A stretch of DNA of 43,950 nt from Planctomycetales bacterium. Lineage in GTDB: Bacteria; Planctomycetota; SBBH01. Where the stretch lies: NCBI GenBank assembly GCA_005239795.1, contig SBBH01000211.1, forward strand, positions 1-43,950, in the 5' to 3' direction. Below are positions 7,898-18,425 of the stretch, one piece after another (position 1 is the first letter of the stretch; each line of letters opens with the position of its first letter). A program made the position numbers and the translations under genes. The notes beneath the pieces are model-generated. The model made no database searches. It was not told the DNA's origin and saw only the letters and a list, made by a program, of their open reading frames with translations.

Positions 7898-8461
7898 ATG
7901 CCGTCGGCAAAACCTCTTTTCAAGAGTCCGGACGTCGGGCGCCTCATCGAGGCTCTGGCCGAGTCGATGGCCCGCGAAATGCAGGCCGCCGGCGGGACCT
8001 GGGGGATCATCGGGATCCGGACGGGAGGCGAGGTCCTGGCGCGGCGCTTGAGCGGACTCCTGCGCTTTCGCTTCGGGGAGATGCCGCTTGGGGTTCTCGA
8101 CATCACGCTCTACCGCGATGACCTCGGCGCCGGCTCGCTTTCAGAAGGCCCGATCGTGCGAAAGACCGAGATCGACTTTGCCTTAGACGGCCTCTCGATT
8201 TTTCTCGTGGATGACGTTTTATACACGGGGCGGACGGTCCGGGCGGCATTGGACGCCCTCACGGATCTGGGGCGTCCGGCGCGGGTGAGGCTCGCGGTTC
8301 TCGTGGATCGCGGCGGCCGCGAGCTTCCGATCCAGCCCGACCATGCGGCCGAACGCCTCGTCGTGGACCCTCCGGCGCGCGTCGTCACGCGGTTTTCGGA
8401 AGTCGACGGCGAAGATGTCGTCCTGGTCGAGACGTCCCGTGGAAGGAAGAAGCGGCCGTGA
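7898..8461 (+). CDS. pyrR: bifunctional pyrimidine operon regulator / uracil phosphoribosyltransferase PyrR
   Basis: PRPP-binding loop [20 protein letters not shown], and size and N-terminus typical of PyrR. Followed by pyrB. Confidence 0.9.
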   Translation: MPSAKPLFKSPDVGRLIEALAESMAREMQAAGGTWGIIGIRTGGEVLARRLSGLLRFRFGEMPLGVLDITLYRDDLGAGSLSEGPIVRKTEIDFALDGLSIFLVDDVLYTGRTVRAALDALTDLGRPARVRLAVLVDRGGRELPIQPDHAAERLVVDPPARVVTRFSEVDGEDVVLVETSRGRKKRP

Positions 8462-9438
8462 GCCCCGCCAAGAAAAAAAACGCCTGGACGCGCCGGCATC
8501 TCCTGGGTCTTGAGGATCTTTCGGCCGATGAGATCACGCTCGTCCTTGACACCGCCGCCTCTTTGGCCGAGGTGGGAAGCCGAACGGTGAAGAAGGTCCC
8601 CGCCTTAAGGGGGCAGACTATCGCCAATCTTTTCTTCGAGTCATCGACCCGGACGGCGAACTCCTTCGCGCTCGCCGCCAAGCGACTCTCCGCTGACGTC
8701 CTGACCGTCAACGTCTCCACCTTAAGCACGTCGAAGGGGGAAAGCCTGCGCGACACGGCCAGGAACATCGAGGCGATGGGGGTCGACTGCCTGGTGGTGC
8801 GCCACGCGATAGCGGGGGCGCCGCATCTTCTGGCCAGGTGTCTTGACTGTTCGGTGGTCAACGCCGGCGACGGCTGGCATGAGCACCCGACGCAAGGGCT
8901 TCTCGACATCTTCACGATCCGACAGGCCCGGGGGCGCGTGGAGGGGCTCACCGTCGCCATCGTCGGCGACATCGCCCACAGCCGGGTGGCACGCTCCAAC
9001 CTGTGGGGGCTCACAAAACTGGGCGCCAGGGTCGTTGTCGTGGGGCCGTCGACGCTGATTCCTCCCTGGGTCCGGGACTTTGGAGCGGAGATCTCGAACG
9101 ATCTCGACGGCATCCTGCCGCGCTGTGATGTCGTGAATCTCCTGCGCATTCAAGCGGAGCGCCAGGCCAAGAACCTTTTTCCCTCGATCCGCGAATACGC
9201 CCAGTTTTTCGGGATGAACGCCGCACGCGCCTCCCGTCTCAAGGAGGGGTGTCTCGTGATGCACCCGGGGCCCTTGAACCGCGGCGTCGAGATCACGCCG
9301 GAGGTGGCCGACGGCCCCCACTCCGTGATCTTAAGGCAGGTTGCCAACGGCTTGGCGGTCCGGATGGCAGTCCTGTACCTTGTGATCCGGGCCCGCCAGA
9401 TCGGCCGCAAGACCGGCTCGGCGCCGGAGGGGGAATAA
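8458..9438 (+). CDS. pyrB: aspartate carbamoyltransferase catalytic subunit
   Basis: Motifs [13 protein letters not shown] and [11 protein letters not shown]. The GTG start overlaps the pyrR stop (GTGA). Confidence 0.95.
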   Translation: MSPAKKKNAWTRRHLLGLEDLSADEITLVLDTAASLAEVGSRTVKKVPALRGQTIANLFFESSTRTANSFALAAKRLSADVLTVNVSTLSTSKGESLRDTARNIEAMGVDCLVVRHAIAGAPHLLARCLDCSVVNAGDGWHEHPTQGLLDIFTIRQARGRVEGLTVAIVGDIAHSRVARSNLWGLTKLGARVVVVGPSTLIPPWVRDFGAEISNDLDGILPRCDVVNLLRIQAERQAKNLFPSIREYAQFFGMNAARASRLKEGCLVMHPGPLNRGVEITPEVADGPHSVILRQVANGLAVRMAVLYLVIRARQIGRKTGSAPEGE

Positions 9439-9484
9439 TCATTGTCCGGTCCAGGGTGAACCTTGTGTGTTCGAGGAGCGTTTT

Positions 9485-12076
9485 ATGTATATGAGCTGGG
9501 GGTCGGCGATGCTGCTGGGAATGGCCTTGGCGTTGGGGGCCTGGGCTGCAGAAGCACCGGAACATCATGAGGTGGCGCCGGCCGCTCCCTCTGCCAGAGT
9601 GACTTCGGAGGCGCCTTCCGCCGCGTCCGATCCGATCCCGGCATGGGTCGTGGAGCTGGCGGCGGCCAAGGAAGAGGCCCGCACGCGCGCCGCCTACCGC
9701 TTGAAAAGAGCGGGGCCGGCCGCCATCGCGCCGCTCGAGAAGATCGCCGTAAGCGATTCCCCCCTTGGGCGGCGCGCCGCCGAGGTTCTGGCGTTTCTCA
9801 CCGGGCCGGGTGCGGACTGCGGCGCCTGGCTTTCGCGCGTTGCCGAGGTTTCGCGCGCGCCGGATCCGGACCCCAAAAACCTTGCCGAGGCTGCCGCCCC
9901 CTTCGAGAAGCTGGGCGGAAAGGCCGTCGGATTTCTCCAAGAGGCTCTGCGCTGCGAGGAGGATCCGGCGCTCCGCCAGGCGGCGCGATGGCTTCTTTTG
10001 AAACATTGCCGTTTCACGATAGGGCTTTCCGCGCGGTGGGAGGCTTCAGACGAGGGGACCGGCTGCGCGGTCGAGGGGACGACCGACCTGCCGGACGGGA
10101 CGGTCCTTTCCTGTTGGGTCTATGCGGTTTTTCCGGGGCCGGGAGGGCCTGTGCCGGACGAACCTCGCAAACGCTATGTCTGGGGGGAGTCGACGTCCGT
10201 GGCGAAGGGGATGTTCGCCGTTCGGTTTCTCCCCGAGCTGATTGCTCCTGGCCGCTACGAGGTGCAGGCGGAAGTGGCTCCTCCGCAGGAAGGGGACGCC
10301 CTGCTCCTTCTTGACGCGGGAACTCCTGGGAAGCAGTGGGTCGGCGGCAGGGATCGGATCGCCTCATCGATCGATCTGGTCTTGGGAGACGACGAAGCGG
10401 TCGCCCGGGAGCGCCTCACCGGCCACACGCGCGTCCGAAAGGTCTTGGAGAGTTTGAGCACGGCCTATGGAAAGCTGGCGGCCCGCGTGGTCTGGGCGGC
10501 CGGCGAGCCTGAATCCCTTGAATCCGAAATAAAAAAAGAGTCGGGCGGCCCCCTCGCGCGGATCGTCGCTGGATTTCAGTCGAAAGATCCCGTCGAGCGC
10601 GCGATCGCGCGCAAGGCGCTTCAGGGAGCCGATCCCTCTCTGGAGAGAGGGGTGTGGAACGGCCTTTCCTCCGGACAGGGGGGGAGCGCGGGGGTCCTTG
10701 AGGCCAAGCGCCGGGCGGTCGAAGCGATCTTTACGGACTGGGAAGGCAACGTCCACTGGACGAGCCTCGAAGTGGCGATGGGACGGATCCCTGGCCGCGA
10801 CGACGAGGTCATGCGGACGCTGATTCCCTACGCCCGGAGCGCTACGGCGGCCGAGCGCCTCGGGGGAAATCTTTTGACGTTGGGCCGGACGCTTCTGGAG
10901 CCGGTCGTCGGGAGGAAAAAAGAGAACACCCCTTGCGCCGCGACGCTCGAGGGATGGCTTTTAGAGTATCACGAGGCGATCCGCCTGTACGCCGAGGACC
11001 GGATCGAGAATCATCTTTCCTTCCTGGAAAAGCTTTTGAGGGATGCCGAGGAACAGGCGGCGGCCTGCCGCGGGATTCCGGCGGCCGAGGCCCGCGCCGC
11101 ATGGGACCAGGCGCAGAAAGGATGGGCCCTCGAGATCGACAGGCTCCGTGCCGAGTGGGCCTCGGAGGTTTCGCCGCCCGAGGGAGCCGGTCCGTTCTCC
11201 AAAAAGGCAGCCGCATTTCTCAAGGAGCGCCTCGGCGATTTCGCATTGCACGCGGACGCCTGTCACGCGGTGCTTGACGCCTGGAAAGAGGCGTTCGGGA
11301 AAGGCGACTCCAAGGAGGTCGAGGCGCGCGCCGCCGCCTTGCGCGAGACGTTGCAGGTCTCCCGGGCTTCCGTCCAACAGGGGGTCATCACGATCGGCGC
11401 CGTCCGGGTCATCCCCGCTTCCCGCGAGGTGGAGCTCGACGCCGTCGTCAACATGCGCCAGGGATTGATCGAATTGCTGGCGAGCGCGCCCGAGGGGAAA
11501 TTGCACGAGGCGCTTTTGGTGGTGAAGGGGCGCCCGTCGGATCTCTATTACGCCCTTCTGCGGATCGGATTGGCGCCCGGCCAGGCCCCCAACATGGTGG
11601 GAAGCGCCAAGCGCCCCCGCGGGGATCTGGTGGACGTATGGGTGGAGTGGCGCCAGAAGGATGGATGGCGGCAGATTCGGGCGGAGGATCTCCTGATCAA
11701 TATGGCGACGGGAAAGCCCTTTGGGCGGCGCGGCTGGGTCTTCGTGGGATCGGAGTTCATGGCGGAACCCGACCCCACGACCGGAGCGCCCCTGACCTAC
11801 TTCATGGCAAACGCCTTCGGGAGCATCGCCACCGCGAGCGCCGGCTACATCACCTCGACGGTTCTGGACAGCACCCTGCGCTTGGGATACGGCGAGGTGG
11901 TCGCCGATGCCAAGGACCTCCCGCCGGAGGGGACTCCCGTGCGGCTGCGGATCCGCCCGATCAGCTCGGCCGAGAGCGCCCCGATCGTCAAGCAGATGGA
12001 AAAAGAGATGCAAGAGATGGAGGCCAAAAAACAGGAAGCCGAGCAGGCTGGAGAGGAGGAGGCTCATGAAAAATAA
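9485..12076 (+). CDS. secreted large protein, N-terminal HEAT-like repeats, conserved C-terminal domain of unknown function
   Basis: GAGGAG lies 6 nt before ATG 9485. Signal peptide MYMSWGSAMLLGMALALGAWA. Long uninterrupted ORF with normal composition. I do not recognise the C-terminal roughly 250 aa with confidence. Confidence 0.7.
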   Translation: MYMSWGSAMLLGMALALGAWAAEAPEHHEVAPAAPSARVTSEAPSAASDPIPAWVVELAAAKEEARTRAAYRLKRAGPAAIAPLEKIAVSDSPLGRRAAEVLAFLTGPGADCGAWLSRVAEVSRAPDPDPKNLAEAAAPFEKLGGKAVGFLQEALRCEEDPALRQAARWLLLKHCRFTIGLSARWEASDEGTGCAVEGTTDLPDGTVLSCWVYAVFPGPGGPVPDEPRKRYVWGESTSVAKGMFAVRFLPELIAPGRYEVQAEVAPPQEGDALLLLDAGTPGKQWVGGRDRIASSIDLVLGDDEAVARERLTGHTRVRKVLESLSTAYGKLAARVVWAAGEPESLESEIKKESGGPLARIVAGFQSKDPVERAIARKALQGADPSLERGVWNGLSSGQGGSAGVLEAKRRAVEAIFTDWEGNVHWTSLEVAMGRIPGRDDEVMRTLIPYARSATAAERLGGNLLTLGRTLLEPVVGRKKENTPCAATLEGWLLEYHEAIRLYAEDRIENHLSFLEKLLRDAEEQAAACRGIPAAEARAAWDQAQKGWALEIDRLRAEWASEVSPPEGAGPFSKKAAAFLKERLGDFALHADACHAVLDAWKEAFGKGDSKEVEARAAALRETLQVSRASVQQGVITIGAVRVIPASREVELDAVVNMRQGLIELLASAPEGKLHEALLVVKGRPSDLYYALLRIGLAPGQAPNMVGSAKRPRGDLVDVWVEWRQKDGWRQIRAEDLLINMATGKPFGRRGWVFVGSEFMAEPDPTTGAPLTYFMANAFGSIATASAGYITSTVLDSTLRLGYGEVVADAKDLPPEGTPVRLRIRPISSAESAPIVKQMEKEMQEMEAKKQEAEQAGEEEAHEK

Positions 12077-13289
12077 ACTCTGGGGCGTTGTCGCCGTGGC
12101 GGGATGTCTGTGGGCCTTTCTCGACACCGCCCCCGCCGGTCCCGCCGCCCCCGCCGGGTTGCCTGAAAAGATTCGCCAATCGATGCGGGCCGGAGGAGAT
12201 TTCCTCGCGAAATCCCAGGACGAGAAGGGGGCCTGGGGGATCGTGATGCCGGACAAGCCCGGCGGCGCCCCCGCCTACCGGGCCGATGTGGGGATCACGG
12301 CCTTGAGCCTCTACGCTTTGGCCAAATGCCCCGACCGGGCCCGGCATCAAGCGGCTCTCGACAAGGGGGTGGCGTTCCTGATGAGCCGCCGGCGTCCTGA
12401 CGGGTCGTTCGCAGATCCCGACGGAATGCTGGTCAACTACAAGACATCGGTGGCGCTCCTGGCGCTGGGCCAGATCAACCCGGAGAAGCACTTGAAGGAG
12501 ATCGCGTTCGCCAAGGAGGCGATCGTCAAAAGCCTTCATGTCGATCCCGCCGACGTGCGTAACTACGGCGGCGCGGGGTACCTCCCGTCGCCAGGGCCGG
12601 GGCAGGAAGCGCGGGGCGCGGACCTCAACAACACCGTCTTCGCGGCCGAGGCGATCCGCCGGGCCGAGGAATTGGGGATCGAGGTTGATCCCCGGATTTA
12701 CCAGGCGCTGGCCACTTATGTGACGCGCGTCCAGAATCTTGAGATGACGAACGACATCTTGAAAGAGCTCGGCCGCGGGGTGCGGGAGGAGGACAAAGGG
12801 GGATTCCCCTACCGCGCGGAGGAGTCGAAGGCCAACGAGGGGCAGCCGATCGTCCTCCCTGACGGCCGCAAGGTCTATCCCTCGTACGGATCGATGACGT
12901 ACGCCGGTCTTTTGTCCTTCATCTACGCGAGCGTCGGACCAGAGGACCCGCGCGTCACGGCCGCCTGGGACTGGATACGGCGCCATTACACATTGGAGGA
13001 GAACCCCGGCATGGCGGTCCCCCGTAACCCCGCCAAGGGACAGGAGGGGCTTTACTACTATTACCACACGTTCGCCAAGTCCTGTGCCAAGTCCGGGAAG
13101 AAGATCCTTGAAGATGCCCAGGGGCGAAAGCACCCGTGGGCCGAGGAGCTCGCCGGCAGGATCATTTCCCTGCAGAAAGAGGACGGATCGTGGATCAACG
13201 AGCACGACCGCTGGTACGAGGGGGCCAAGCCTCTCGTCACGGGTTATGTCCTGGTCGCTTTGGGGTATTGTCTTGAAACGCTGGAGTAG
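12066..13289 (+). CDS. secreted prenyltransferase/squalene-oxidase-repeat (terpene-cyclase-like alpha/alpha toroid) protein
   Basis: Signal peptide MKNKLWGVVAVAGCLWA. Repeats of the type QDEKGAWG, RRPDGSFAD and QKEDGSWINE. The start overlaps the upstream stop. Confidence 0.75.
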   Translation: MKNKLWGVVAVAGCLWAFLDTAPAGPAAPAGLPEKIRQSMRAGGDFLAKSQDEKGAWGIVMPDKPGGAPAYRADVGITALSLYALAKCPDRARHQAALDKGVAFLMSRRRPDGSFADPDGMLVNYKTSVALLALGQINPEKHLKEIAFAKEAIVKSLHVDPADVRNYGGAGYLPSPGPGQEARGADLNNTVFAAEAIRRAEELGIEVDPRIYQALATYVTRVQNLEMTNDILKELGRGVREEDKGGFPYRAEESKANEGQPIVLPDGRKVYPSYGSMTYAGLLSFIYASVGPEDPRVTAAWDWIRRHYTLEENPGMAVPRNPAKGQEGLYYYYHTFAKSCAKSGKKILEDAQGRKHPWAEELAGRIISLQKEDGSWINEHDRWYEGAKPLVTGYVLVALGYCLETLE

Positions 13290-13295
13290 TCTTTG

Positions 13296-14582
13296 ATGGA
13301 GAACAGCAACGGCGCAAAGGCACACCCTCCCCGCACCCGGCGGCTAGGGATCTGGCTCGTCGGCGCCCATGGGGGGGTGGCGACGACGACGGCGGTGGGG
13401 ACGCTCGCGATCCGGAAGGGCTTGGCCGTTCCCAGGGGGCTTGTGACGGAGCTTTCGGATTTTTCCGCTTTGGATCTGGCTCCCCTTTCCGGCGTCTCGT
13501 TCGGGGGGTGGGAACTGCGCCCCGGGACGTGGCGCGAGGCCGCGCACGAGATCCAGGACCGCTCTGGGACGTTCAAGGAATCCTTGCTGGGCGCGGTGGA
13601 GGAGGATCTGGCGGGCTTCGACCGGTGGGTCAAGCCGGGTCTTGCCGCCGGCTGCGGAGAGGCGATCGGGGCGCTCGCGCCCGGGGCCAGACGCGAACAT
13701 CCGGTGGACTTCTTTGCGCGCGCGGTCGAGGATCTGGCGCGCTTCCGGAGGGAGGCGCGGCTCGACGCGGTGGTCGTTGTCAACGTCGCCTCCTCCGAGC
13801 CTCCGCCTGCAGTGGGCCTTCTCGAATCGCTAACGACCTGGACCTCGTTCGCCAAGGAGCTCAAGAGGCGCTTGCCGCGGCTTCCGGCCAGCGTCGTCTA
13901 CGCGGCGGCGGCGATCGAGGCCCGCTGTCCCTATGTTAATTTCACTTCCTCGGCGGGCTCGAACGTCCCGGCGCTCGCCGCGCGGGCGCTTAAAAACGGC
14001 GTCCCGCATATGGGCGCCGACGGGAAGACCGGCGAGACCTGGGTGAAGACGGTGTTGGCGCCGGCGTTCCTGGCGCGCAACCTCAAGATCCTGTCCTGGG
14101 AGGGGCACAACATTTTGGGGGACGGCGACGGGCGGATCCTGGCGCATCTGGAAAATGCCCGCGCCAAGCTCCAGGACAAGGACCAGGCCCTGCGGCGGAT
14201 TCTGAAGGATCCCGCGGTCCACTCGCGGGTGCGGATCGACTATGTCCCGTCCTTGGACGATTGGAAGACGGCGTGGGACTTCATCCATTTCGAGGGGTTC
14301 CTGGGGGTGAAGATGATCCTGCAGTTCATCTGGCAGGGATGCGACGCGGCCCTGGCCGCCCCACTGATCCTGGATCTGGCGCGTCTTGTGGAGTTCGCTC
14401 AAAAAGGAGGAGAGGCCGGATGGATGACGCATCTGGCCTGCTTCTTCAAGAATCCTCGCGGGGTCGAGGAAAACGGCTTCGAGGCGCAGTTCGAGAGGTT
14501 GCGGGCGTATGTCCGCGCCCATGTCCAGAACCGCAGGAATCCCCCCCTGGCGTCTTCAGCCCTGTTCCGTTATCGTCGATAA
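13296..14582 (+). CDS. ino1: myo-inositol-1-phosphate (inositol-3-phosphate) synthase
   Basis: N-terminal Rossmann segment GIWLVGAHGGVATT. Conserved core NFTSSAGSN ... GADGKTGETWVKTVLAP ... SWEGHNILGDGDG. Confidence 0.9.
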   Translation: MENSNGAKAHPPRTRRLGIWLVGAHGGVATTTAVGTLAIRKGLAVPRGLVTELSDFSALDLAPLSGVSFGGWELRPGTWREAAHEIQDRSGTFKESLLGAVEEDLAGFDRWVKPGLAAGCGEAIGALAPGARREHPVDFFARAVEDLARFRREARLDAVVVVNVASSEPPPAVGLLESLTTWTSFAKELKRRLPRLPASVVYAAAAIEARCPYVNFTSSAGSNVPALAARALKNGVPHMGADGKTGETWVKTVLAPAFLARNLKILSWEGHNILGDGDGRILAHLENARAKLQDKDQALRRILKDPAVHSRVRIDYVPSLDDWKTAWDFIHFEGFLGVKMILQFIWQGCDAALAAPLILDLARLVEFAQKGGEAGWMTHLACFFKNPRGVEENGFEAQFERLRAYVRAHVQNRRNPPLASSALFRYRR

Positions 14583-14621
14583 ATTGCCAGGGGCTTCCGC
14601 ACAAGGGGGTCTCTCCTACGC

Positions 14622-16142
14622 ATGACGCGCGCGCGAAACCTCGGTTCCTGGGGGTGGATGGGTGTTGGGGCGCTCTGCCTCCTGGCGTGGGGGTGTGATC
14701 TTCGTGCTCAAGGGGCTGCACAGCCCGTCTGCCCGCTCTTGAACACCCGCGAGGTTGTTTTTGCCTGGACGGCGTCGCCGGGCGCGGGAGCGGCCGAATC
14801 GGTCACTGTCTACCAGACGCGCGACGGCCAGATTTGGCAGAAGGTCCTGACCCAGCCGGCGGGCCAGCGCGAGATCGTCGTCACGGTTCTTGAGGATGGC
14901 TGGTACGGGTTCTCGGTTGCCGCGACCCCCGCCGCGGGGGAAGGGGAGCCGCCACCCGGTCCGGGGGATTTTCCCGAGATCCAGGCCATAATCGACACGC
15001 GCGGCCCCGACATCGCGTTTCTAGAGCCGGAGGCGGGGAGCGCGTGGGACGCGGGCCGCCCCTTGCCGATCTGCTGGCGCGCCCAAGACGCTACAGGTTT
15101 GCGCGAGGTTCTAATCGAATACCGGCAGGAGGGGGCCGAGTCCTGGCGCCTCATTCGCCGCGAGGAGCGCGCCGCGGGGGAGTGGGCCTGGGTCGTTCCG
15201 GATCTCCTGAGGAGGCATTTCGAGGTGCGCCTGTCGGCCGTGGATCTGGCCGGCAACCGTTCGGCATCCGTCGAGCGGGCTTATCGCTTGCGCACGCCGC
15301 CTTCTGTGGTCGGCGTGACCCTGCGGGGCCCGGCGATGACATACGAGCGCGACATCGCGCTTTCGATCGATCTTGAAACTGAGGCGTGGGGAGAAATCTC
15401 CCACGTGGAGCTTTGGGAGACGGTCGACAACGGCAAGATATGGCGGCGCCGTTCAGAGACCTTCACCAAGGACCGGGTCGCGCTCACCCTGCGGCTTTCT
15501 GAAACCGGCCGCTACGGATTTTTCGTCAGGCCCGTCCCCGTGGGGGAGGTAGAGGGGATGGCGGCGCTCGAGCCGGGGGTGTTGCCGCAGCTGGAGTGTT
15601 GGGCCAAATTCGCGCCGCCTGAGGTCAAGATCGAAAGGCAGGATCCTCCCTCGACGGCCGCGCGCGAGAAGGCACGCCGGCTGTATTTGGCGGCCCAGGC
15701 GTCCCTGGCCCGGCGCGATGCGGACGAGGCCGCCAAGAGCCTGGCCGAGTGCCTCAAGATCTGGCCTGACTTCATGCCGGCTGCCAACGACCTGGCGTGT
15801 CTCCATATCCGCGCGCGGCGATTTCCCGAGGCGGAGCTTCTCCTGGCGCGGGTCGTGGCGATCGAGCCCGACGACGTCGATTACCGGTTCAATCTGGGTG
15901 TGGCGCTGATGTCGCAGGGAAGACATCTTGAGGCGGTCGGGCACCTCGAAAGGGGCGCCGCCGCGACTTCGACCCGCCGCAGCGAATCGATGCTGGTCTT
16001 GGCCGAGTGCCTGCGGGAGCTGGGCGACGTGGAGAAAGCCCTGGCGATCTGTCGGAAGATCGTCGAGGAGGGAGAGCCGGCCCGGATCGCCGCCCAGGCT
16101 CAGCGGATGCTGGTGGCGCTCGAAGGGAGTCTTAAGCGTTGA
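14622..16142 (+). CDS. secreted protein with beta-sandwich repeats and C-terminal TPR repeats
   Basis: Signal peptide. Repeated segments of about 100 aa with W/Y patterns. C-terminal TPR-like helices (AKSLAECLKIWPDFMPAANDLACLHI ...). Confidence 0.7.
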   Translation: MTRARNLGSWGWMGVGALCLLAWGCDLRAQGAAQPVCPLLNTREVVFAWTASPGAGAAESVTVYQTRDGQIWQKVLTQPAGQREIVVTVLEDGWYGFSVAATPAAGEGEPPPGPGDFPEIQAIIDTRGPDIAFLEPEAGSAWDAGRPLPICWRAQDATGLREVLIEYRQEGAESWRLIRREERAAGEWAWVVPDLLRRHFEVRLSAVDLAGNRSASVERAYRLRTPPSVVGVTLRGPAMTYERDIALSIDLETEAWGEISHVELWETVDNGKIWRRRSETFTKDRVALTLRLSETGRYGFFVRPVPVGEVEGMAALEPGVLPQLECWAKFAPPEVKIERQDPPSTAAREKARRLYLAAQASLARRDADEAAKSLAECLKIWPDFMPAANDLACLHIRARRFPEAELLLARVVAIEPDDVDYRFNLGVALMSQGRHLEAVGHLERGAAATSTRRSESMLVLAECLRELGDVEKALAICRKIVEEGEPARIAAQAQRMLVALEGSLKR

Positions 16143-17368
16143 AGAGTAGGGCGCCGTGCGGAAGGAGTTATTTTTACGCGAATCCTCATCGGTTCGCACG
16201 GGGGACCATCCCTGCATTGATTTTCGCCGTGGGGGCCCTGGCCGGCTGCGGCCGATCCGAACAGCCGAGCCGCAACCCGATGGTCCCTGTCGGAATTTCC
16301 AAGGAGGAGAAGCCTTATTTTGAGCAGGTTGCGTTTCTGATCCAGACACTTCTTCCGGATCGGGCCGAGATCGAGAACGCGATGGAAGCGCATGCCGCGC
16401 GGTACCGGTCCCCCGAACAGAAGACGCGCTTCCTGCTCACGGTCCTCCAGCTTCAGACTCCGATCGATGCGTCGCAGGAAGATCAGGAGCGTTTGATGGG
16501 AGCCTGGTCGAGCGCCCGTCGGCTTCTGGCGGGCCAAGGGGCCGCGGCCTTGCGCCCCATCCTCGCGGCGATCCTGCGCTCAGGGGGGGCGATCCCAGGA
16601 ATCGAAGATGTTCTGATCGAGGCCGGGCCGGTGGCCTCGCGTGTGATCGCCGACGTTCTGGAAAGCCCCTACCCACCGGCGGACGACCTCCGCGTCACGG
16701 CGGAGATCCAGGGGCGGGCGCTCATGGTCCATGCTTTGGGAAAAATCACGGATGAGGAATCGCGGCCGGTCTTGGAGAAGGTGTTGCAGGTGGATCCACA
16801 TCCGATGGTTCGCTTTGCCGCCCGCCAGGCTTTGGTCCAGATGCGCGACCAGCGGATTGTGAACGCCGTCTGCCAGCATCTGACATCCCCGAACGAGTAC
16901 TGGTTCACTTTCAGTCGGCACCTTCTGATCGAAATTTACGGGATTCAGCTTCCCTACCGCGATTATGGGCGCGATGCGACCAAGTGGTTGGCCGCATTCG
17001 ACAACGCTTATTACAAGATGCATTCCCCGCTGGAAAAGCTTTTGGAGTGCCTTGACATGCCGCTCCCCGCCGATCCTACGCACAGTATTCCGGCGTCGCT
17101 CTACGCCCGGAAGATCCTGACGGAGGCGGCAGGGCAGGATCTGGGGCCCTTGCGCAAAGATTGGGAGGCGCATTTTCGCCGGGAAGATCGGAAGATAGTG
17201 CAGATCCTCATCGATGCCCTAAAAGACGAGAACACTGTCAATCGTGATGCCGTCCGCGAAGGGCTTATCCGCCTGACGGGGGGTTTGAACTTTGGGACCG
17301 ATCCGGATTCCTGGCGAAGGGGGCTTGTCGAGATGGGATACTTGAAGGACGAAGGGTATCCGCAGTGA
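16139..17368 (+). CDS. HEAT-like repeat lipoprotein
   Basis: Lipobox LAGC after a hydrophobic stretch. PMVRFAARQAL-type HEAT motif. The TTG start overlaps the upstream stop, so the start is uncertain. Confidence 0.6.
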   Translation: MKSRAPCGRSYFYANPHRFARGTIPALIFAVGALAGCGRSEQPSRNPMVPVGISKEEKPYFEQVAFLIQTLLPDRAEIENAMEAHAARYRSPEQKTRFLLTVLQLQTPIDASQEDQERLMGAWSSARRLLAGQGAAALRPILAAILRSGGAIPGIEDVLIEAGPVASRVIADVLESPYPPADDLRVTAEIQGRALMVHALGKITDEESRPVLEKVLQVDPHPMVRFAARQALVQMRDQRIVNAVCQHLTSPNEYWFTFSRHLLIEIYGIQLPYRDYGRDATKWLAAFDNAYYKMHSPLEKLLECLDMPLPADPTHSIPASLYARKILTEAAGQDLGPLRKDWEAHFRREDRKIVQILIDALKDENTVNRDAVREGLIRLTGGLNFGTDPDSWRRGLVEMGYLKDEGYPQ

Positions 17369-17427
17369 TCCGCTCCACCCTGGAGGGGTATGAACCGTTG
17401 AAATTTTTATTTTTCTGACTTTTCGAC

Positions 17428-17961
17428 ATGGCTGAAATTTTTCAAAGGGAGTGGAAAGTCGCCAAACCCGCTGCGGCCTGTGCCGACTGTGGCGAGGTGC
17501 TCGCGGTCTCCGTCGAGGCCCATGCGTCCTTGCATGAGGAGGGGGACGGCTACGCACGGCGCGACAGGTGCGCCGCGTGCTGGGGAAGGGTGGCCGAGAG
17601 GGGGTTCTCGCACTGGGCCTACAAGCCCGCCCCCCCGCCGGAGAAACCCTTCAGGGCGGACCTCGTGGCGATCCGCGATTTCTACATGAAGCTCGCGGGG
17701 AAGGAGGCGGCCTCGGACCGGCTGTTGCGCTATCTTTTGGGGCTTTATCTTGTGCGCAAGAAACGCCTGTGGCTCGAGCGCACCGAACGCGCCGCCGACG
17801 GCGAGATCCTTTGGATCCGTTTCGAAAAGGAGGGGGCAGCCGAACCGGTGCCGGTCCCTCCTTTCACGCCCGAAGATCTCCTGGAAACCCGCCGGAGGCT
17901 CGACGCTCTCTTGGGGGTCGACGTGGGGGATCTTGAGGCACAGCCCGCGACGGCCGGATGA
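17428..17961 (+). CDS. hypothetical protein with N-terminal CxxC...CxxC zinc-ribbon
   Basis: CADCGE ... CAACW. Coding-like composition and ATG start after an AT-rich spacer. No family recognised. Confidence 0.6.
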   Translation: MAEIFQREWKVAKPAAACADCGEVLAVSVEAHASLHEEGDGYARRDRCAACWGRVAERGFSHWAYKPAPPPEKPFRADLVAIRDFYMKLAGKEAASDRLLRYLLGLYLVRKKRLWLERTERAADGEILWIRFEKEGAAEPVPVPPFTPEDLLETRRRLDALLGVDVGDLEAQPATAG

Positions 17962-18425
17962 TGTTCGATTTCGACGCGATCGATCAGCGGATCGCGGGGT
18001 TCATGCGGCGCTGGGGGGGTTGGGCGCTCCGGACGTCGCTCGCGGTGATTTTTGTCTGGTTCGGCGTCTTGAAGCCTTACGGCCTGTCGCCGGCCGAGGA
18101 GTTGCTCAAGCGCACCGTGGCCTGGATGCCGTTTCTCACTCCCGACGGGTGGCTCGCCGTGATCGGCTGGTGGGAGGTGGCGATCGGGGCGACGTTCCTG
18201 TTCCGCAAGACGATCCGGTTGGCGATTGCGCTCCTGGCGCTCCAGATGGCCGGGACGTTCATACCCCTGGTGATGTTGCCGGAGGTGACGTTCCAGCCCG
18301 GGCGGTTCCCCTATGCTCCGACGATCGAAGGGCAATACATCATCAAAAATCTCCTGATCATTTCGGCGGCGCTGGTGGTGGGCGGGACGGTGCGTGGGCG
18401 CGCGCCGGAAGGCGGAGCCGATTAG
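17958..18425 (+). CDS. DoxX/DUF417-like small membrane protein
   Basis: Four predicted TM helices, with a pattern resembling YkgB/DoxX-type proteins. The ATG overlaps the upstream stop. Confidence 0.6.
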   Translation: MMFDFDAIDQRIAGFMRRWGGWALRTSLAVIFVWFGVLKPYGLSPAEELLKRTVAWMPFLTPDGWLAVIGWWEVAIGATFLFRKTIRLAIALLALQMAGTFIPLVMLPEVTFQPGRFPYAPTIEGQYIIKNLLIISAALVVGGTVRGRAPEGGAD

